A stretch of 64,000 nucleotides of DNA from Actinomycetota bacterium (GTDB lineage Bacteria; Actinomycetota; UBA4738; HRBIN12), in the NCBI GenBank assembly GCA_036265325.1, contig DATAPH010000088.1, positions 2,868 through 66,867 of the forward strand, in the 5' to 3' direction. The stretch's first letter is position 1. Each line of letters starts with the position of its first letter. Position numbers and translations under genes: made by a program. Shown in pieces: positions 37,572 to 47,053 of the stretch. Below the pieces are notes generated by a model that saw only the letters and a list, made by a program, of their open reading frames with translations, did no database searches and had not been told where the DNA came from.

Positions 37572-38066
37572 ATGGAGACGGCACAACGAGACTTCGAGAT
37601 CATCAAACACGTCGACGCGCCGATCGACGACGTGTTCCGGGCATTCACGGACGCCGACGCACTCGCGGCGTGGTGGGGACCCGAGGGCTTCAACGTCACC
37701 GATGTGACGTCCGACGCTCGACCCGGCGGCGAGTTTCGTCTCGTCATGGCCGGCCCCGACGGGGTGGGCCAGCCCGTCGCAGGCAGATATCAAGAGGTGT
37801 CGCCGCCGTCCCACCTCGTCGCCGAGATCTCGGCCGGCGCCCCGGATGGGTCGACGCTCGTGACCGCCGTTCTGACCTTCCACCTGGCGCCGGTGAACGC
37901 GGGAACCGAGATCCGTCTGTCAGCGCATGGAACGGCCTTCACGTCCGAGGCCCGCGGCATGCTCGACGGGATGCAGGAGGGCTGGACGTCCAGCCTCATC
38001 TGTCTCGAGCGGTTCCTCGAAGAGTCGCACGGTTCAACCCTCAAAGCCCGACACGAAACCGCCTGA
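37572..38066 (+). CDS. SRPBCC family protein (AHSA1/START-like)
   Basis: ATG at 37572. An AHSA1-like pattern is present (DALAAWWGPEGF...). Confidence 0.65.
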   Translation: METAQRDFEIIKHVDAPIDDVFRAFTDADALAAWWGPEGFNVTDVTSDARPGGEFRLVMAGPDGVGQPVAGRYQEVSPPSHLVAEISAGAPDGSTLVTAVLTFHLAPVNAGTEIRLSAHGTAFTSEARGMLDGMQEGWTSSLICLERFLEESHGSTLKARHETA

Positions 38067-38095
38067 CTCCCGAACCGCTGTCCTAGGCTGGCGCC

Positions 38096-38340
38096 GTGAC
38101 CGAGCGGGTGTCGGCGCGGGTGCTCCTCATCGACGAAATCTCGCGCGTGTGGAGGCTTCGCAGATCGTCGACGTCAACGAGACCGACGAAGGCGCCAGGT
38201 TCTTCGAGGGCTGGCGTTGGTGGACACTCGACGAGATCCGCGCGTACGACGGAGTCGTCGGCCCCGCGCGGCTCGCGGAGCTACTCGAACCGGTCCTTGA
38301 CGGAGTGCTCCCATCAGTGCCGATCCTCACGAACGACTGA
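38096..38340 (+). pseudogene. frameshifted NUDIX-hydrolase-like remnant
   Basis: There is an N-terminal NUDIX-like beta strand (VSARVLLIDE) in one frame. A NUDIX C-terminal-like segment (FFEGWRWWTLDEIRAYDG...) is in another frame. No intact NUDIX box is present. Confidence 0.3.
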
Positions 38341-38358
38341 GGCGAAAGCTGCGACCGG

Positions 38359-38448
38359 CGGAGACGCCGGGATTCGAACCCGGGAGGGAGCTCAACACCC
38401 CCTAACCGCTTAGCAGGCGGCTCCTTTCGGCCACTCAGGCACGTCTCC
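38359..38448 (-). tRNA. tRNA-Ser (anticodon GCU)
   Basis: I folded it by hand. Acceptor GGAGACG/CGUCUCC; anticodon stem GCCGC/GCGGU with loop CUGCUAA; long variable arm; T-arm CCGGGUUCGAAUCCCGG. Confidence 0.85.
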
Positions 38449-38489
38449 GTCGCCGAGTCTACCGTCGAGCTTCGAGCGGCCAGCGGCGA

Positions 38490-39578
38490 TCAGGAGATGC
38501 GGCCGGCCGTCCGCAGGATCGTCAGCAACCGATCGACCGGCAGCGCGAACAACGTGTTGCCGTCACGCCCCACGGTGGTGTGCGAGGCGAGCATCGCGTT
38601 CACGACCGCTTCCTCCGTCGCCTCGATCGTGGCCTTGAACACCGACGAGATGATCTGCCACGACTCGCTCCCATCGGGAAGCACCGTCGGCGTGTACGGC
38701 TTCCCGTCGAGCGGCACCGCGTTCGCCGTCGAGAACGCGATGAACTGCTCGCCGCTCCCGTTCGACGCATACGAACCGCCGCGTGACAACCCCATACCCG
38801 CGCGTTGCGCGACGCGCTGCAGCTGGTGCGGCACCAGCGGCGCGTCGGTCGCGACGATGACGATGCACGACCCCTCGCTGTGCTCGATGGGCATCACGTC
38901 GGTGATGTGCTCGCCGACGCGCACGCCATCGATAAGCAGCGACGAACGATCTCCGTGGTTCGTCATCACCAACACGCCGATCGTGTAGCCGCCGGCATCG
39001 GCCGGGAGCACACGCGACGCCGTGCCGATCCCGCCCTTGAAGTCGAAGCACTGCATCCCGACGCCCGAGCCGACGCAGCCTTCCTCGACGACACCACCGG
39101 CCGCAGCGTCGAGCGCGGCGAACACGTCGTCATCGCTCAGCGGGCGCTCGAGTACGGCGTTCAAGAACGAGTCGTCGCACTCGGTGACACATGGCATAAC
39201 GGACTCTGCCGCGGCAACGTCCTTCGTCGCGACCCACGCGACCGCCGCGTCGTACGCCTTGCCGATCTGCTGCGAACTCGTGAGCACGATGGGGGTCTCG
39301 AGGATCCCCCACTCCTTTATGGAGTTGATGCCGATCAGCTCGCCGTACCCGTTGAGGATGTGGGTCGCGGCGTAGACCGGTTCCTCCCACGGAGCGGCTT
39401 CGCGCGGGAACAGGGTGGTGACCCCCGTGCGGATCGCGTCCTTGGCGCCGTCCTCGCCTCGGATGACGCTCTGGTGACCGACCCGGACGCCGGCGACATC
39501 GGTGATGGCGTTGAGGGTCCCGGGCTCCCCGCTGCCGATCCGGATCCCCAGGTCGCGCGCACGAGGCTGGGTCGTCAC
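38490..39578 (-). CDS. P1/S58 family peptidase (DmpA-like L-aminopeptidase/D-esterase)
   Basis: 362 aa with a GTG start and the DmpA/OAT-fold motifs (GVRVGHQS, the autoproteolytic Gly-Ser region). Confidence 0.75.
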   Translation of the reverse strand: MTTQPRARDLGIRIGSGEPGTLNAITDVAGVRVGHQSVIRGEDGAKDAIRTGVTTLFPREAAPWEEPVYAATHILNGYGELIGINSIKEWGILETPIVLTSSQQIGKAYDAAVAWVATKDVAAAESVMPCVTECDDSFLNAVLERPLSDDDVFAALDAAAGGVVEEGCVGSGVGMQCFDFKGGIGTASRVLPADAGGYTIGVLVMTNHGDRSSLLIDGVRVGEHITDVMPIEHSEGSCIVIVATDAPLVPHQLQRVAQRAGMGLSRGGSYASNGSGEQFIAFSTANAVPLDGKPYTPTVLPDGSESWQIISSVFKATIEATEEAVVNAMLASHTTVGRDGNTLFALPVDRLLTILRTAGRIS

Positions 39579-39602
39579 GGCCAGCTACGATACCTGCTCT
39601 AC

Positions 39603-40880
39603 ATGGGCATCCTGGGCCTCGGCGTCTCCTTCCGTCGCGCACCGGTCGAGCTGCTGGAGCGGCTCGCGTTCACCGACGACGACCTCACGAAGGCGTACCG
39701 GTTCGCCCTCGATCAGCCGGGCATCGAGGAGGCCGTGATCCTGTCCACGTGCAACCGCGTCGAGATCTACGGAGCGGTCGCCACGTACCACGCCGGGTTC
39801 CTCGGGCTGAAGCGCGTGCTCAGCGACACGCAAGGGGTCGCGGCTGACGAGCTCAGCGACCCGTTGTACTCCCATTGGGAACGCGACGCGGCCGATCACC
39901 TGTTCGAAGTCGCCGCCGGGCTCGACTCGATGGTCCTCGGCGAAACGCAGATCCATGCACAGGTGCGAGAAGCGCTCCGGCGCGCGGCCGCCGAGGGCGG
40001 CGCCGGCGTCGCGCTCACCGGCGTGTTCCATGCGGCGTCGCGCGCAGGCCGGCGCGTCCGCCAGGAAACGGCGCTCGGCGCTGCGCCCGACGCGTTCGTC
40101 GAGCTCGGCGCCGATCTGGCCGCCGACGCGCTCGGCGACCTGCGCGGCAGGGACGTCGTGGTGGTCGGCGCGGGCCAGATGGCCGCCCTCGCGGTCAAGC
40201 ACCTGCACCACCGCGGCGTCGGGCCCACCCGCATCTTGAACCGATCGCTCGAGCGCGCCCGCGCGCTCGCCGAACGAACGAACACCGAGCACGGAGACCT
40301 CGATCATTTGCCCGAGGCCCTCACCCATGCCGATCTGGTCGTGTCGGCCACCGGCGCCGCGGGCCACGTGATCGACGCGGCGATGGTGCGCACGGCGATG
40401 CAGGGGCGTGAGGGTCGCCCGCTCGTGTTCGTCGATCTCGCCGTCCCTCGCGACGTGCATCCGGCGTCCGGCGACATCGACGGCGTCACGCTGCTCGATA
40501 TCGCGGCGCTCCGCGACGGCGTCGCGGAGCATTCGCCGGAGACCGCCGAGGACATCGCGAGGGCGCGACAGCTCGTCGAGGACGAGGTCGGTCGGTGGGT
40601 CTCGCGCCGGCGCGGCGAAGAGCTCGCACCGGTGATCAAGGCGTTGCGCCGTCACGGCGACGCGGTCGTCCAGGGCGAACTCGACCGCGTGCGCACCCGG
40701 CTCGAGGCGCTCGACCCGGCCGAACGCGAGGCCGTCGAATCGGCCGTTCGCGGCGTCGCCGCCAAGCTGCTGCACGACCCGATCGTCGGCATGAAGGAAC
40801 GGATCGAGCCCGCACGCGAGCGCGAGGTCGCGATCCTGCTCGCCCGATTGCTCGGCCTGCCCGACGCCGACCCCTCGTGA
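39603..40880 (+). CDS. hemA: glutamyl-tRNA reductase
   Basis: I trimmed it to the ATG at 39603. The catalytic Cys motif is LSTCNRVEIY, and the NADPH-binding motif is VVGAGQMA. Confidence 0.85.
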   Translation: MGILGLGVSFRRAPVELLERLAFTDDDLTKAYRFALDQPGIEEAVILSTCNRVEIYGAVATYHAGFLGLKRVLSDTQGVAADELSDPLYSHWERDAADHLFEVAAGLDSMVLGETQIHAQVREALRRAAAEGGAGVALTGVFHAASRAGRRVRQETALGAAPDAFVELGADLAADALGDLRGRDVVVVGAGQMAALAVKHLHHRGVGPTRILNRSLERARALAERTNTEHGDLDHLPEALTHADLVVSATGAAGHVIDAAMVRTAMQGREGRPLVFVDLAVPRDVHPASGDIDGVTLLDIAALRDGVAEHSPETAEDIARARQLVEDEVGRWVSRRRGEELAPVIKALRRHGDAVVQGELDRVRTRLEALDPAEREAVESAVRGVAAKLLHDPIVGMKERIEPAREREVAILLARLLGLPDADPS

Positions 40881-41779
40881 GCGCGCTCCGGATCGCGACG
40901 CGGCGTTCCGACCTGGCGATGGCGCAGGCCGGGATCGTGCGCCTGATGCTCACGGAACAGGGACGCGAGGTCGTGCTGCTGCCGGTCGACACCACGGGCG
41001 ACCGCGAGGGGGGGAACAACAAGGACAGATGGATCGACGCGATCGTCGACGCCCTGCGCACGGGTGAAGCGGATCTCGCGGTGCACTCCGCCAAGGACCT
41101 GCCCGCCGACGACCTCGAGGACCTGGTGATCGCGGCGGTCCCGGAGCGAGCGGATCCGCGCGACGTGCTCGTCGCCGCAGACGGCGCGTACTTCGACGGC
41201 GACGCCCCGCGCCGAGGCGCGCGCGTCGGGACGTCGTCGCTGCGCCGCGCAGCCCAACTGCGGGCGGCGTTCCCGGACGTCGACCTCGTGGACCTGCGCG
41301 GGAACGTCCCTACCCGCCTGCGGAAGCTGCAGGAAGACGGCGGGCCGGACATCGCCGTGCTGGCGGCCGCCGGGCTCGACCGGCTCGGGCTGGCTCCGCA
41401 GGCCCTCAAGCCCCTGCCGGTGGACGTCGTCGTGCCGGCGCCCGGCCAGGGAACGCTCGCGATCCAGTGCCGCACCGACGACCGGCCGATGCGAGCCGCC
41501 CTGTCGGTCCTCGAGCACGGCGTATCGGCCACAACCCTGCAAGCCGAGCGCGCGCTGACGCGCGCGCTCGGCGGCGACTGCAACCTGCCGCTCGGCGCGT
41601 TCGCCCAGGTCCACGGCGACGTCGTGCACCTCTCCGCGTGCGTCGCGACGCCCGACGGCTCGCGGGTGGTGCGAGCGTCGGTCGAGGCGGCCGACGCTGA
41701 GCAGGCCGCGAAGGCCGCCACCGCCGAGCTGCTCGACCAAGGCGCCGACGAGATCCTGGACGCCGTTCGCGCCCGATGA
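40877..41779 (+). CDS. hemC: hydroxymethylbilane synthase (porphobilinogen deaminase)
   Basis: The GTG at 40877 overlaps the hemA TGA. HemC motifs (RIATRRSDLAMAQA, and the C-terminal cofactor Cys region GGDCNLP) are present. Confidence 0.85.
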   Translation: MSALRIATRRSDLAMAQAGIVRLMLTEQGREVVLLPVDTTGDREGGNNKDRWIDAIVDALRTGEADLAVHSAKDLPADDLEDLVIAAVPERADPRDVLVAADGAYFDGDAPRRGARVGTSSLRRAAQLRAAFPDVDLVDLRGNVPTRLRKLQEDGGPDIAVLAAAGLDRLGLAPQALKPLPVDVVVPAPGQGTLAIQCRTDDRPMRAALSVLEHGVSATTLQAERALTRALGGDCNLPLGAFAQVHGDVVHLSACVATPDGSRVVRASVEAADAEQAAKAATAELLDQGADEILDAVRAR

Positions 41780-42555
41780 CCGCGCGTGGTCCCCTCGCGG
41801 GACGGACGATCCTTATCACGCGCCCCGCCGACCGCTCGGCTCGATTGGTCAACCTACTTGACCATCGTGGCGCGATAGTCATCGCCGCGCCATCCATCGA
41901 ACTGAAGCCCGTTCGGAGCGCCGACCTGACGCGCGCGATCCGCGACCTCGCGACGGGCGGCTTCGCATGGATCGTGCTGACCTCGCCCGCGACCGTGCGG
42001 ATGCTCGACGAACGGCTCGACCGGCCGACGGACCTCCGAGCCGATGTCGCCGCCATCGGCGAGGGGACGGCAGACGCATACACGCGATGGGCGGACCGCG
42101 AACCGGAGCTCCTGCCCAAGACGTTCACGGTCGACGGGCTCGCCCGCGCGTTCCCGCGCGGTGCGGGCCGCGTGCTCTGCGCCCGCGCCGACATCGCGCC
42201 CGACGGCCTCGAGGACGCACTCGCCGTGAAGGGCTGGAGCCCGACGCGCGTCGACGCCTATCGAACGGTGTTCCCCAAGACGTTGCCGAAAGCCGCCAAC
42301 ACGGCGCTCGCTGCCGGCGACGTCGACGCGATCACGTTCACCAGCGCATCGACGGTGCGCGGCTTCCTGCAAGCGCTCGGCGGAGCCGCCGTCGCCGGCA
42401 AACCCAAGGTCGTCTGTATCGGGCCTGTCACGGCCAAGCAAGCGCGGGTCGCCGGCATGACCGTCCACGCGGTCGCCGATCCACACACGACCGACGGTCT
42501 CGTCGCCGCGGTCGAGCGGGCGCTCACGCCCAGGCGCCGCGAAGCGCGCGGATGA
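41776..42555 (+). CDS. hemD: uroporphyrinogen-III synthase (stand-alone, not fused to a methyltransferase)
   Basis: The ATG at 41776 overlaps the hemC TGA (ATGA). It is a 259-aa HEM4-fold protein (ILITRPADRSARL). Confidence 0.75.
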   Translation: MTARGPLAGRTILITRPADRSARLVNLLDHRGAIVIAAPSIELKPVRSADLTRAIRDLATGGFAWIVLTSPATVRMLDERLDRPTDLRADVAAIGEGTADAYTRWADREPELLPKTFTVDGLARAFPRGAGRVLCARADIAPDGLEDALAVKGWSPTRVDAYRTVFPKTLPKAANTALAAGDVDAITFTSASTVRGFLQALGGAAVAGKPKVVCIGPVTAKQARVAGMTVHAVADPHTTDGLVAAVERALTPRRREARG

Positions 42556-43711
42556 CGTTCCCGCCGGCGAGCATCGCGATCTGCTCGTCGGTGTACCCGT
42601 GCGCCACGAGCCACCGGATCACGTTGGGGAACTCGCTCGGGTTCTCCAAGCCGGCGACGTAGTCGATCTCCACGTGCGCAGGCTGGTCGCCGGTGCTCAG
42701 GTTGTCCGCGTATCGCCGGTGCATCTCGACGTGATCGCCGAAGAACGTGTCGGGCCCGAACCCGACGTGTTCGATCCCCATCAGGTCGATGCAGTACTCC
42801 GCATGCGCCATGACAGTCTCGAGCGAGTGCGGCTGCCCATGCACGGTGGTCGTGTTGGGCGACGCCTCGATCCCGATCACGCCACCGGTACCGGCGACCG
42901 CTTTCAAGAGGTCGTCCTCCTTCAACTTCGTCTCGGAGAACAGTGCCCGCGCGCCCGAATGCGACAAGAACACAGGCGCCGTGGACGCATCGCACGTCTG
43001 CATCGCGGTCACGTCGCCGCAGTGCGACACATCGATCGCCATCCCGAGCCGATTCATGCGCGTGACGGCGCGCCGGCCGAAGTCCGTCAGGCCGCCGTCG
43101 CCGGGGTCGCGCAGGCCGCCGCCGAGCTGGTTCGACTCGCTGTACGTCACGCCGAGCATCCGCACGCCGAGGCCGTACAGGATGTCGACCCGGTCGAGCT
43201 CGTTCTCGATCGGCGCCGCACCTTCGATCGAGGCGATGAGCGCGATCGTCCCCGTCTCGTGCGCCCGTTCGATGTCGTCGACGTCGAGCCCGAGGAAGAC
43301 CACCGAGGAGTGGGCGACGTCCGACAGGTGCATTCCGACGTCGTGGATGACGTCGGTCCATTTCCATCCGGTCGCCGACGTGATCGTCGCGGTCCCGTCG
43401 AAGAAGTTCTCGAACACGGCGTCGAGCCCGCTGGCCGCGAGCCCTTCGAATCCGTACCACTCGCGACCCTGACGGATGTACGCGTCGTTGTCGTTCCAGT
43501 CGACAGGAGCGATCCCGGCGTGCTCGTGCAGTGAGATACAGATGCTCTCGCGGAGCAACCGCTCGGCGCGGGCGTCCTCTTCGTCGGACAGCGGCACCAT
43601 CGTCGGCTCGACGCGCCCGAGCTCGGGGACGAGCTCGAACCCGACGTAGTCTTCGCCTTCGACCAGATACGAGAACGAGCGGTAGCCGTCGTGGCGCTTC
43701 TTCGGGTCCAT
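42524..43711 (-). CDS. membrane dipeptidase (peptidase family M19)
   Basis: I trimmed it to the ATG at 43711 (MDPKKRHDGY...). M19 motifs (HEHAGIAP, DVSHCGD) are present. The longer track ORF to 44668 and the ORFs 42258..43736 and 42599..43534 are shadows. Confidence 0.75.
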   Translation of the reverse strand: MDPKKRHDGYRSFSYLVEGEDYVGFELVPELGRVEPTMVPLSDEEDARAERLLRESICISLHEHAGIAPVDWNDNDAYIRQGREWYGFEGLAASGLDAVFENFFDGTATITSATGWKWTDVIHDVGMHLSDVAHSSVVFLGLDVDDIERAHETGTIALIASIEGAAPIENELDRVDILYGLGVRMLGVTYSESNQLGGGLRDPGDGGLTDFGRRAVTRMNRLGMAIDVSHCGDVTAMQTCDASTAPVFLSHSGARALFSETKLKEDDLLKAVAGTGGVIGIEASPNTTTVHGQPHSLETVMAHAEYCIDLMGIEHVGFGPDTFFGDHVEMHRRYADNLSTGDQPAHVEIDYVAGLENPSEFPNVIRWLVAHGYTDEQIAMLAGGNVIRALRGAWA

Positions 43712-43807
43712 GCTGGTGGGCGACGCTAGCAGGCATGGTCCGGTGCGCGGCGGGAATGCCAGACGAGGGGTCCTGGTTGCTTCTGGGGTCCCGAGAGGAG
43801 GCGCACG

Positions 43808-44212
43808 ATGGGCTGGAACACCAACGTGATCGAGGAGTTCCGCGCGAACGAAGGCAAGGTCGGCGGGAACTTCGAGGGCCGCACGCTGCTGCTGCTCCAC
43901 ACGAAGGGCCGCAAGAGCGGCGAGGAGCGGATCAACCCCCTCGCGTACAACATGGACGGCGACCGCTACGTAGTCTTCGCGACCAAGGGCGGTCACGACT
44001 TCCACCCGCATTGGATGCTGAACGTCGCCGATAACCCCGACGTGGAGGTCGAGGTCGGCACCGAGCGGTTCAAAGGGCGAGCCGAGGTGCTGTGGGAAGG
44101 GCCCGAGCGCGACCGGCTGTACGCGGCGCAGGTGGCGAAGTGGCCCCAGTTCGGCGACTACGAGAAGACGGCCAAGCGCACGATCCCGGTCGTCGTGATC
44201 ACCCGGGTTTGA
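43808..44212 (+). CDS. deazaflavin (F420)-dependent nitroreductase family protein (DDN/PPOX-class)
   Basis: 134 aa with a strong RBS, GAGAGGAGG. The DDN family motifs GNFEG..LLLLHTKGRKSGEERINPLAY and VFATKGG are present. Confidence 0.7.
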   Translation: MGWNTNVIEEFRANEGKVGGNFEGRTLLLLHTKGRKSGEERINPLAYNMDGDRYVVFATKGGHDFHPHWMLNVADNPDVEVEVGTERFKGRAEVLWEGPERDRLYAAQVAKWPQFGDYEKTAKRTIPVVVITRV

Positions 44213-44243
44213 GCACGACCAGGACCGATACCCTGGAGACCTG

Positions 44244-45227
44244 ATGGCCTTCCCCGTCGACCGACCACGACGCCTGCGCCGCACGCCGGCGCTCCGCGCG
44301 CTCGTGCGCGAGACCACCCTCGAACCGGGCGACCTGATCGCGCCGTTGTTCGTGAAGGAAGGCATCGCCGACGCGATCCCGATCCCGTCGATGCCGGGCC
44401 AGTCGCAGCACACCGTCGAGTCGCTCCGAAAGGTGGCGGCCGACATCCGGTCCACGGGCGTGCTCGCGTTCGTCGTGTTCGGCGTCCCCGAACACAAGGA
44501 CGCCGAAGGAACCGAGGCGTGGAACCCCGACGGCATCACCCAGCAGGCGATCCGCGCGCTCCGCGATGACTTCGGCGACGACGCGGTGATCGTGACCGAC
44601 CTGTGCCTGGACGAGTACACCGACCACGGGCATTGCGGCGTGCTGACGCCCGACGGCCGCGTCGACAACGATCGGACGCTCGAGCTCTACGCGCGTGCGG
44701 CCGAGGCGCAGGCGGCGGCGGGCGCGGACATCGTCGCGCCCAGCGGGATGATGGACGGCCAGGTCGGCGTGATCCGGGCGGCGCTCGACGCGGCCGGCGC
44801 GACCGACGTCGCGATCATGGCCTACGCCGCGAAATTCGCCAGCGCGCTGTACGGTCCGTTCCGGGAGGCCGCCGAGGGCGCGCCGACGTTCGGCGACCGG
44901 ACCGGCTACCAGCAGGATCCGGCCAACGCCGCCGAAGCGCTCCGCGAGATCCAGACCGACCTCGACGAAGGCGCGGACATCGTGATGGTGAAGCCGGCGC
45001 TCCCCTACCTCGACGTCGTGCACGAGGCGGCCGCGTTGCGCGCCGCCCCCGTCGCCGCGTACCACGTGAGCGGCGAGTACGCGATGATCAAGGCCGCGGT
45101 CGGGAACGGCTGGCTCGATGAACGCCGGGTCGTGCTCGAGACGCTCACGTCGATCCGGCGGGCCGGCGCGGATCTGATCCTCACCTACCACGCGGCCGAC
45201 GCGGCCGATTGGCTCCGCTCGAGCTGA
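44244..45227 (+). CDS. hemB: porphobilinogen synthase (delta-aminolevulinate dehydratase)
   Basis: 327 aa with ALAD motifs (PRRLRRTPALR, the active-site Lys region VMVKPALPYLD). Confidence 0.9.
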   Translation: MAFPVDRPRRLRRTPALRALVRETTLEPGDLIAPLFVKEGIADAIPIPSMPGQSQHTVESLRKVAADIRSTGVLAFVVFGVPEHKDAEGTEAWNPDGITQQAIRALRDDFGDDAVIVTDLCLDEYTDHGHCGVLTPDGRVDNDRTLELYARAAEAQAAAGADIVAPSGMMDGQVGVIRAALDAAGATDVAIMAYAAKFASALYGPFREAAEGAPTFGDRTGYQQDPANAAEALREIQTDLDEGADIVMVKPALPYLDVVHEAAALRAAPVAAYHVSGEYAMIKAAVGNGWLDERRVVLETLTSIRRAGADLILTYHAADAADWLRSS

Positions 45228-45282
45228 CCCCGAGCTGAGCCCGATTTCCTCTCGGCGCCGCCGTGGTGCGACACTCCGGGGC

Positions 45283-45987
45283 GTGTCCTCCTACGACCCG
45301 TTCGCCGACGACTACGACGCCTGGGCCGCGGACATGACCGAGGACGTCGGCTGGTACGTCGAGCTGGCGGAGGCGGCGCGGGAACCGATCGTCGAGCTCG
45401 CCGTCGGCTCGGGACGCGTCGCGATCGAGATCGCGCGGCGCACCGGCAAACGCGTCATCGGCATCGACCTGTCGCCCAAGATGCTCGCGGTCGCTCGCGA
45501 GCGACGCGGTGGGCTGCCCGTGGACCTCCGCGAAGGCGACATGCGCGAGCTGCATCTGGACGAGCAGGTCGAGCTCGTGATCTGCCCGTTCCGTTCGATG
45601 TTGCACCTGCCGACGTGGCGCGATCGTCGCGCGGTGTTCGACCGCGTCGCTGCATCGCTCGAGCCCGGCGGCCGGTTCGCGTGGAACGTGTTCGCGTACA
45701 GCGCGACCCTGGCTGCGGCCTTGGACGGGAAGCGTGTCGAGCGCGCCGGCGGCAGTTGGGAGATCGTGACCAACGTCCCGGCAGACAGCCGGATCGACAT
45801 CACCCGCGGGCGTGGGCTGGATCGACTCGGCACCTTCTCGTTGTGGTGGGCAACCAGACGCGAATGGGAAGGCCTGATCGATGTCGCGGGTCTCGAGCTC
45901 GAGAACCTCTACGGCGGCTTCCACCGGGAGCCGTACGACGACGATTCCCTCGAGCAGGTCTGGGTCGCGCAGAAGCCGCGGCGTTAA
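45283..45987 (+). CDS. class I SAM-dependent methyltransferase
   Basis: GTG start. SAM-binding motif VELAVGSGRVAIEIARR. Confidence 0.65.
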   Translation: MSSYDPFADDYDAWAADMTEDVGWYVELAEAAREPIVELAVGSGRVAIEIARRTGKRVIGIDLSPKMLAVARERRGGLPVDLREGDMRELHLDEQVELVICPFRSMLHLPTWRDRRAVFDRVAASLEPGGRFAWNVFAYSATLAAALDGKRVERAGGSWEIVTNVPADSRIDITRGRGLDRLGTFSLWWATRREWEGLIDVAGLELENLYGGFHREPYDDDSLEQVWVAQKPRR

Positions 45988-46988
45988 CTCGGCGCGAGCA
46001 CGGTAAGGCCCAGCAGTTCGTAGACGGCGTTGGCCGCCGCGATCGCCGTGATCTCACCGTGGTCGTAGGCGGGCGCAACCTCGACCACGTCGGCGCCGAC
46101 GATCCGCAGACCGGCGAACGCACGGAGCGTGGCGAGCACCTCGCGGCTCGTCAAACCGCCCGCCTCGGGCGTCCCGGTGCCCGGCGCGTGCGCGGGATCC
46201 ATCACGTCGACGTCGATCGAGACGTACACCGGGAGGTCGCCGACCCGCTCCCGGATCTCACCGGCGATCGAGTCAACCGACCGGGTCAGAAAGTCGAACG
46301 CGCCCACGATCGTGAACCCGAAGGCCGCGTCGTCGACCAGGTCCTGCGGCGTGAACAACGGCCCGCGGATCCCGAGGTGCGCGCATCGATCGGACGCGAG
46401 CAGCCCTTCCTCGTGCGCGCGGCGGAACGGGGTCCCGTGCGTGTACGGCGCGCCGAAGTACGTGTCCCACGTGTCGAGGTGCGCGTCGAAATGCACGAGT
46501 GCGATGGGGCCGTGCTGCGCATGGACGGCGCGGAGCAGCGGCAACGCGACGGTGTGATCGCCGCCGAGCACGATCGGGAGCGTGGCGTCGTCCATGAGCG
46601 ACCTGGCGCCGGCTTCGATCTGCACGATCGCCTCGTCGATCGCGAACGGCGTGCACGGGATGTCGCCCGCGTCGGCAACCTGTTGATCGGCGAACGGCCG
46701 CACGTCCAGGCCGGCGTGGTACCCGCGAAGCAGCCGCGAGCCCGCGCGGATCGCGGCCGGACCGAACCGTGCGCCCGGCCGGTAGGTGGTGCCCGCGTCG
46801 AACGGGACGCCGACCACGGCCACGTCGCACCGGTCGACCTGATCGAGGCGCGGCAGCCGGGCGAACGTTGCCGGGCCCGCGAACCGCGGCACGACCAGCG
46901 GGTCCACCGGGCCGAGCGGTTCGTCGCCGCCACCGGTCTGTTCCACGCGTGGTCCTCCTCCGATCGATGAGCGGCCGGTTGCGGGCAC
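45984..46988 (-). CDS. agmatinase / arginase-family ureohydrolase
   Basis: The Mn-binding motifs GGDHTV, DAHLD and SIDVDVMDP are present. The exact start is uncertain. Confidence 0.8.
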   Translation of the reverse strand: MPATGRSSIGGGPRVEQTGGGDEPLGPVDPLVVPRFAGPATFARLPRLDQVDRCDVAVVGVPFDAGTTYRPGARFGPAAIRAGSRLLRGYHAGLDVRPFADQQVADAGDIPCTPFAIDEAIVQIEAGARSLMDDATLPIVLGGDHTVALPLLRAVHAQHGPIALVHFDAHLDTWDTYFGAPYTHGTPFRRAHEEGLLASDRCAHLGIRGPLFTPQDLVDDAAFGFTIVGAFDFLTRSVDSIAGEIRERVGDLPVYVSIDVDVMDPAHAPGTGTPEAGGLTSREVLATLRAFAGLRIVGADVVEVAPAYDHGEITAIAAANAVYELLGLTVLAPS

Positions 46989-47053
46989 GCTACCCCGCGG
47001 CCGGGCGGGCCCGCCACCTCTGCTAGCCTCCGCGCGCGAAAGGGGACCACGCC

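Noticed and set aside
42258-43736. 492-aa minus-strand and 311-aa plus-strand ORFs (42599..43534), plus the upstream extension of the dipeptidase ORF to 44668.
   Set aside because: They are shadows or over-extensions of the M19 dipeptidase gene, which has clear family motifs and a proper start at 43711. The extension would overlap the plus-strand DDN and hemB genes.
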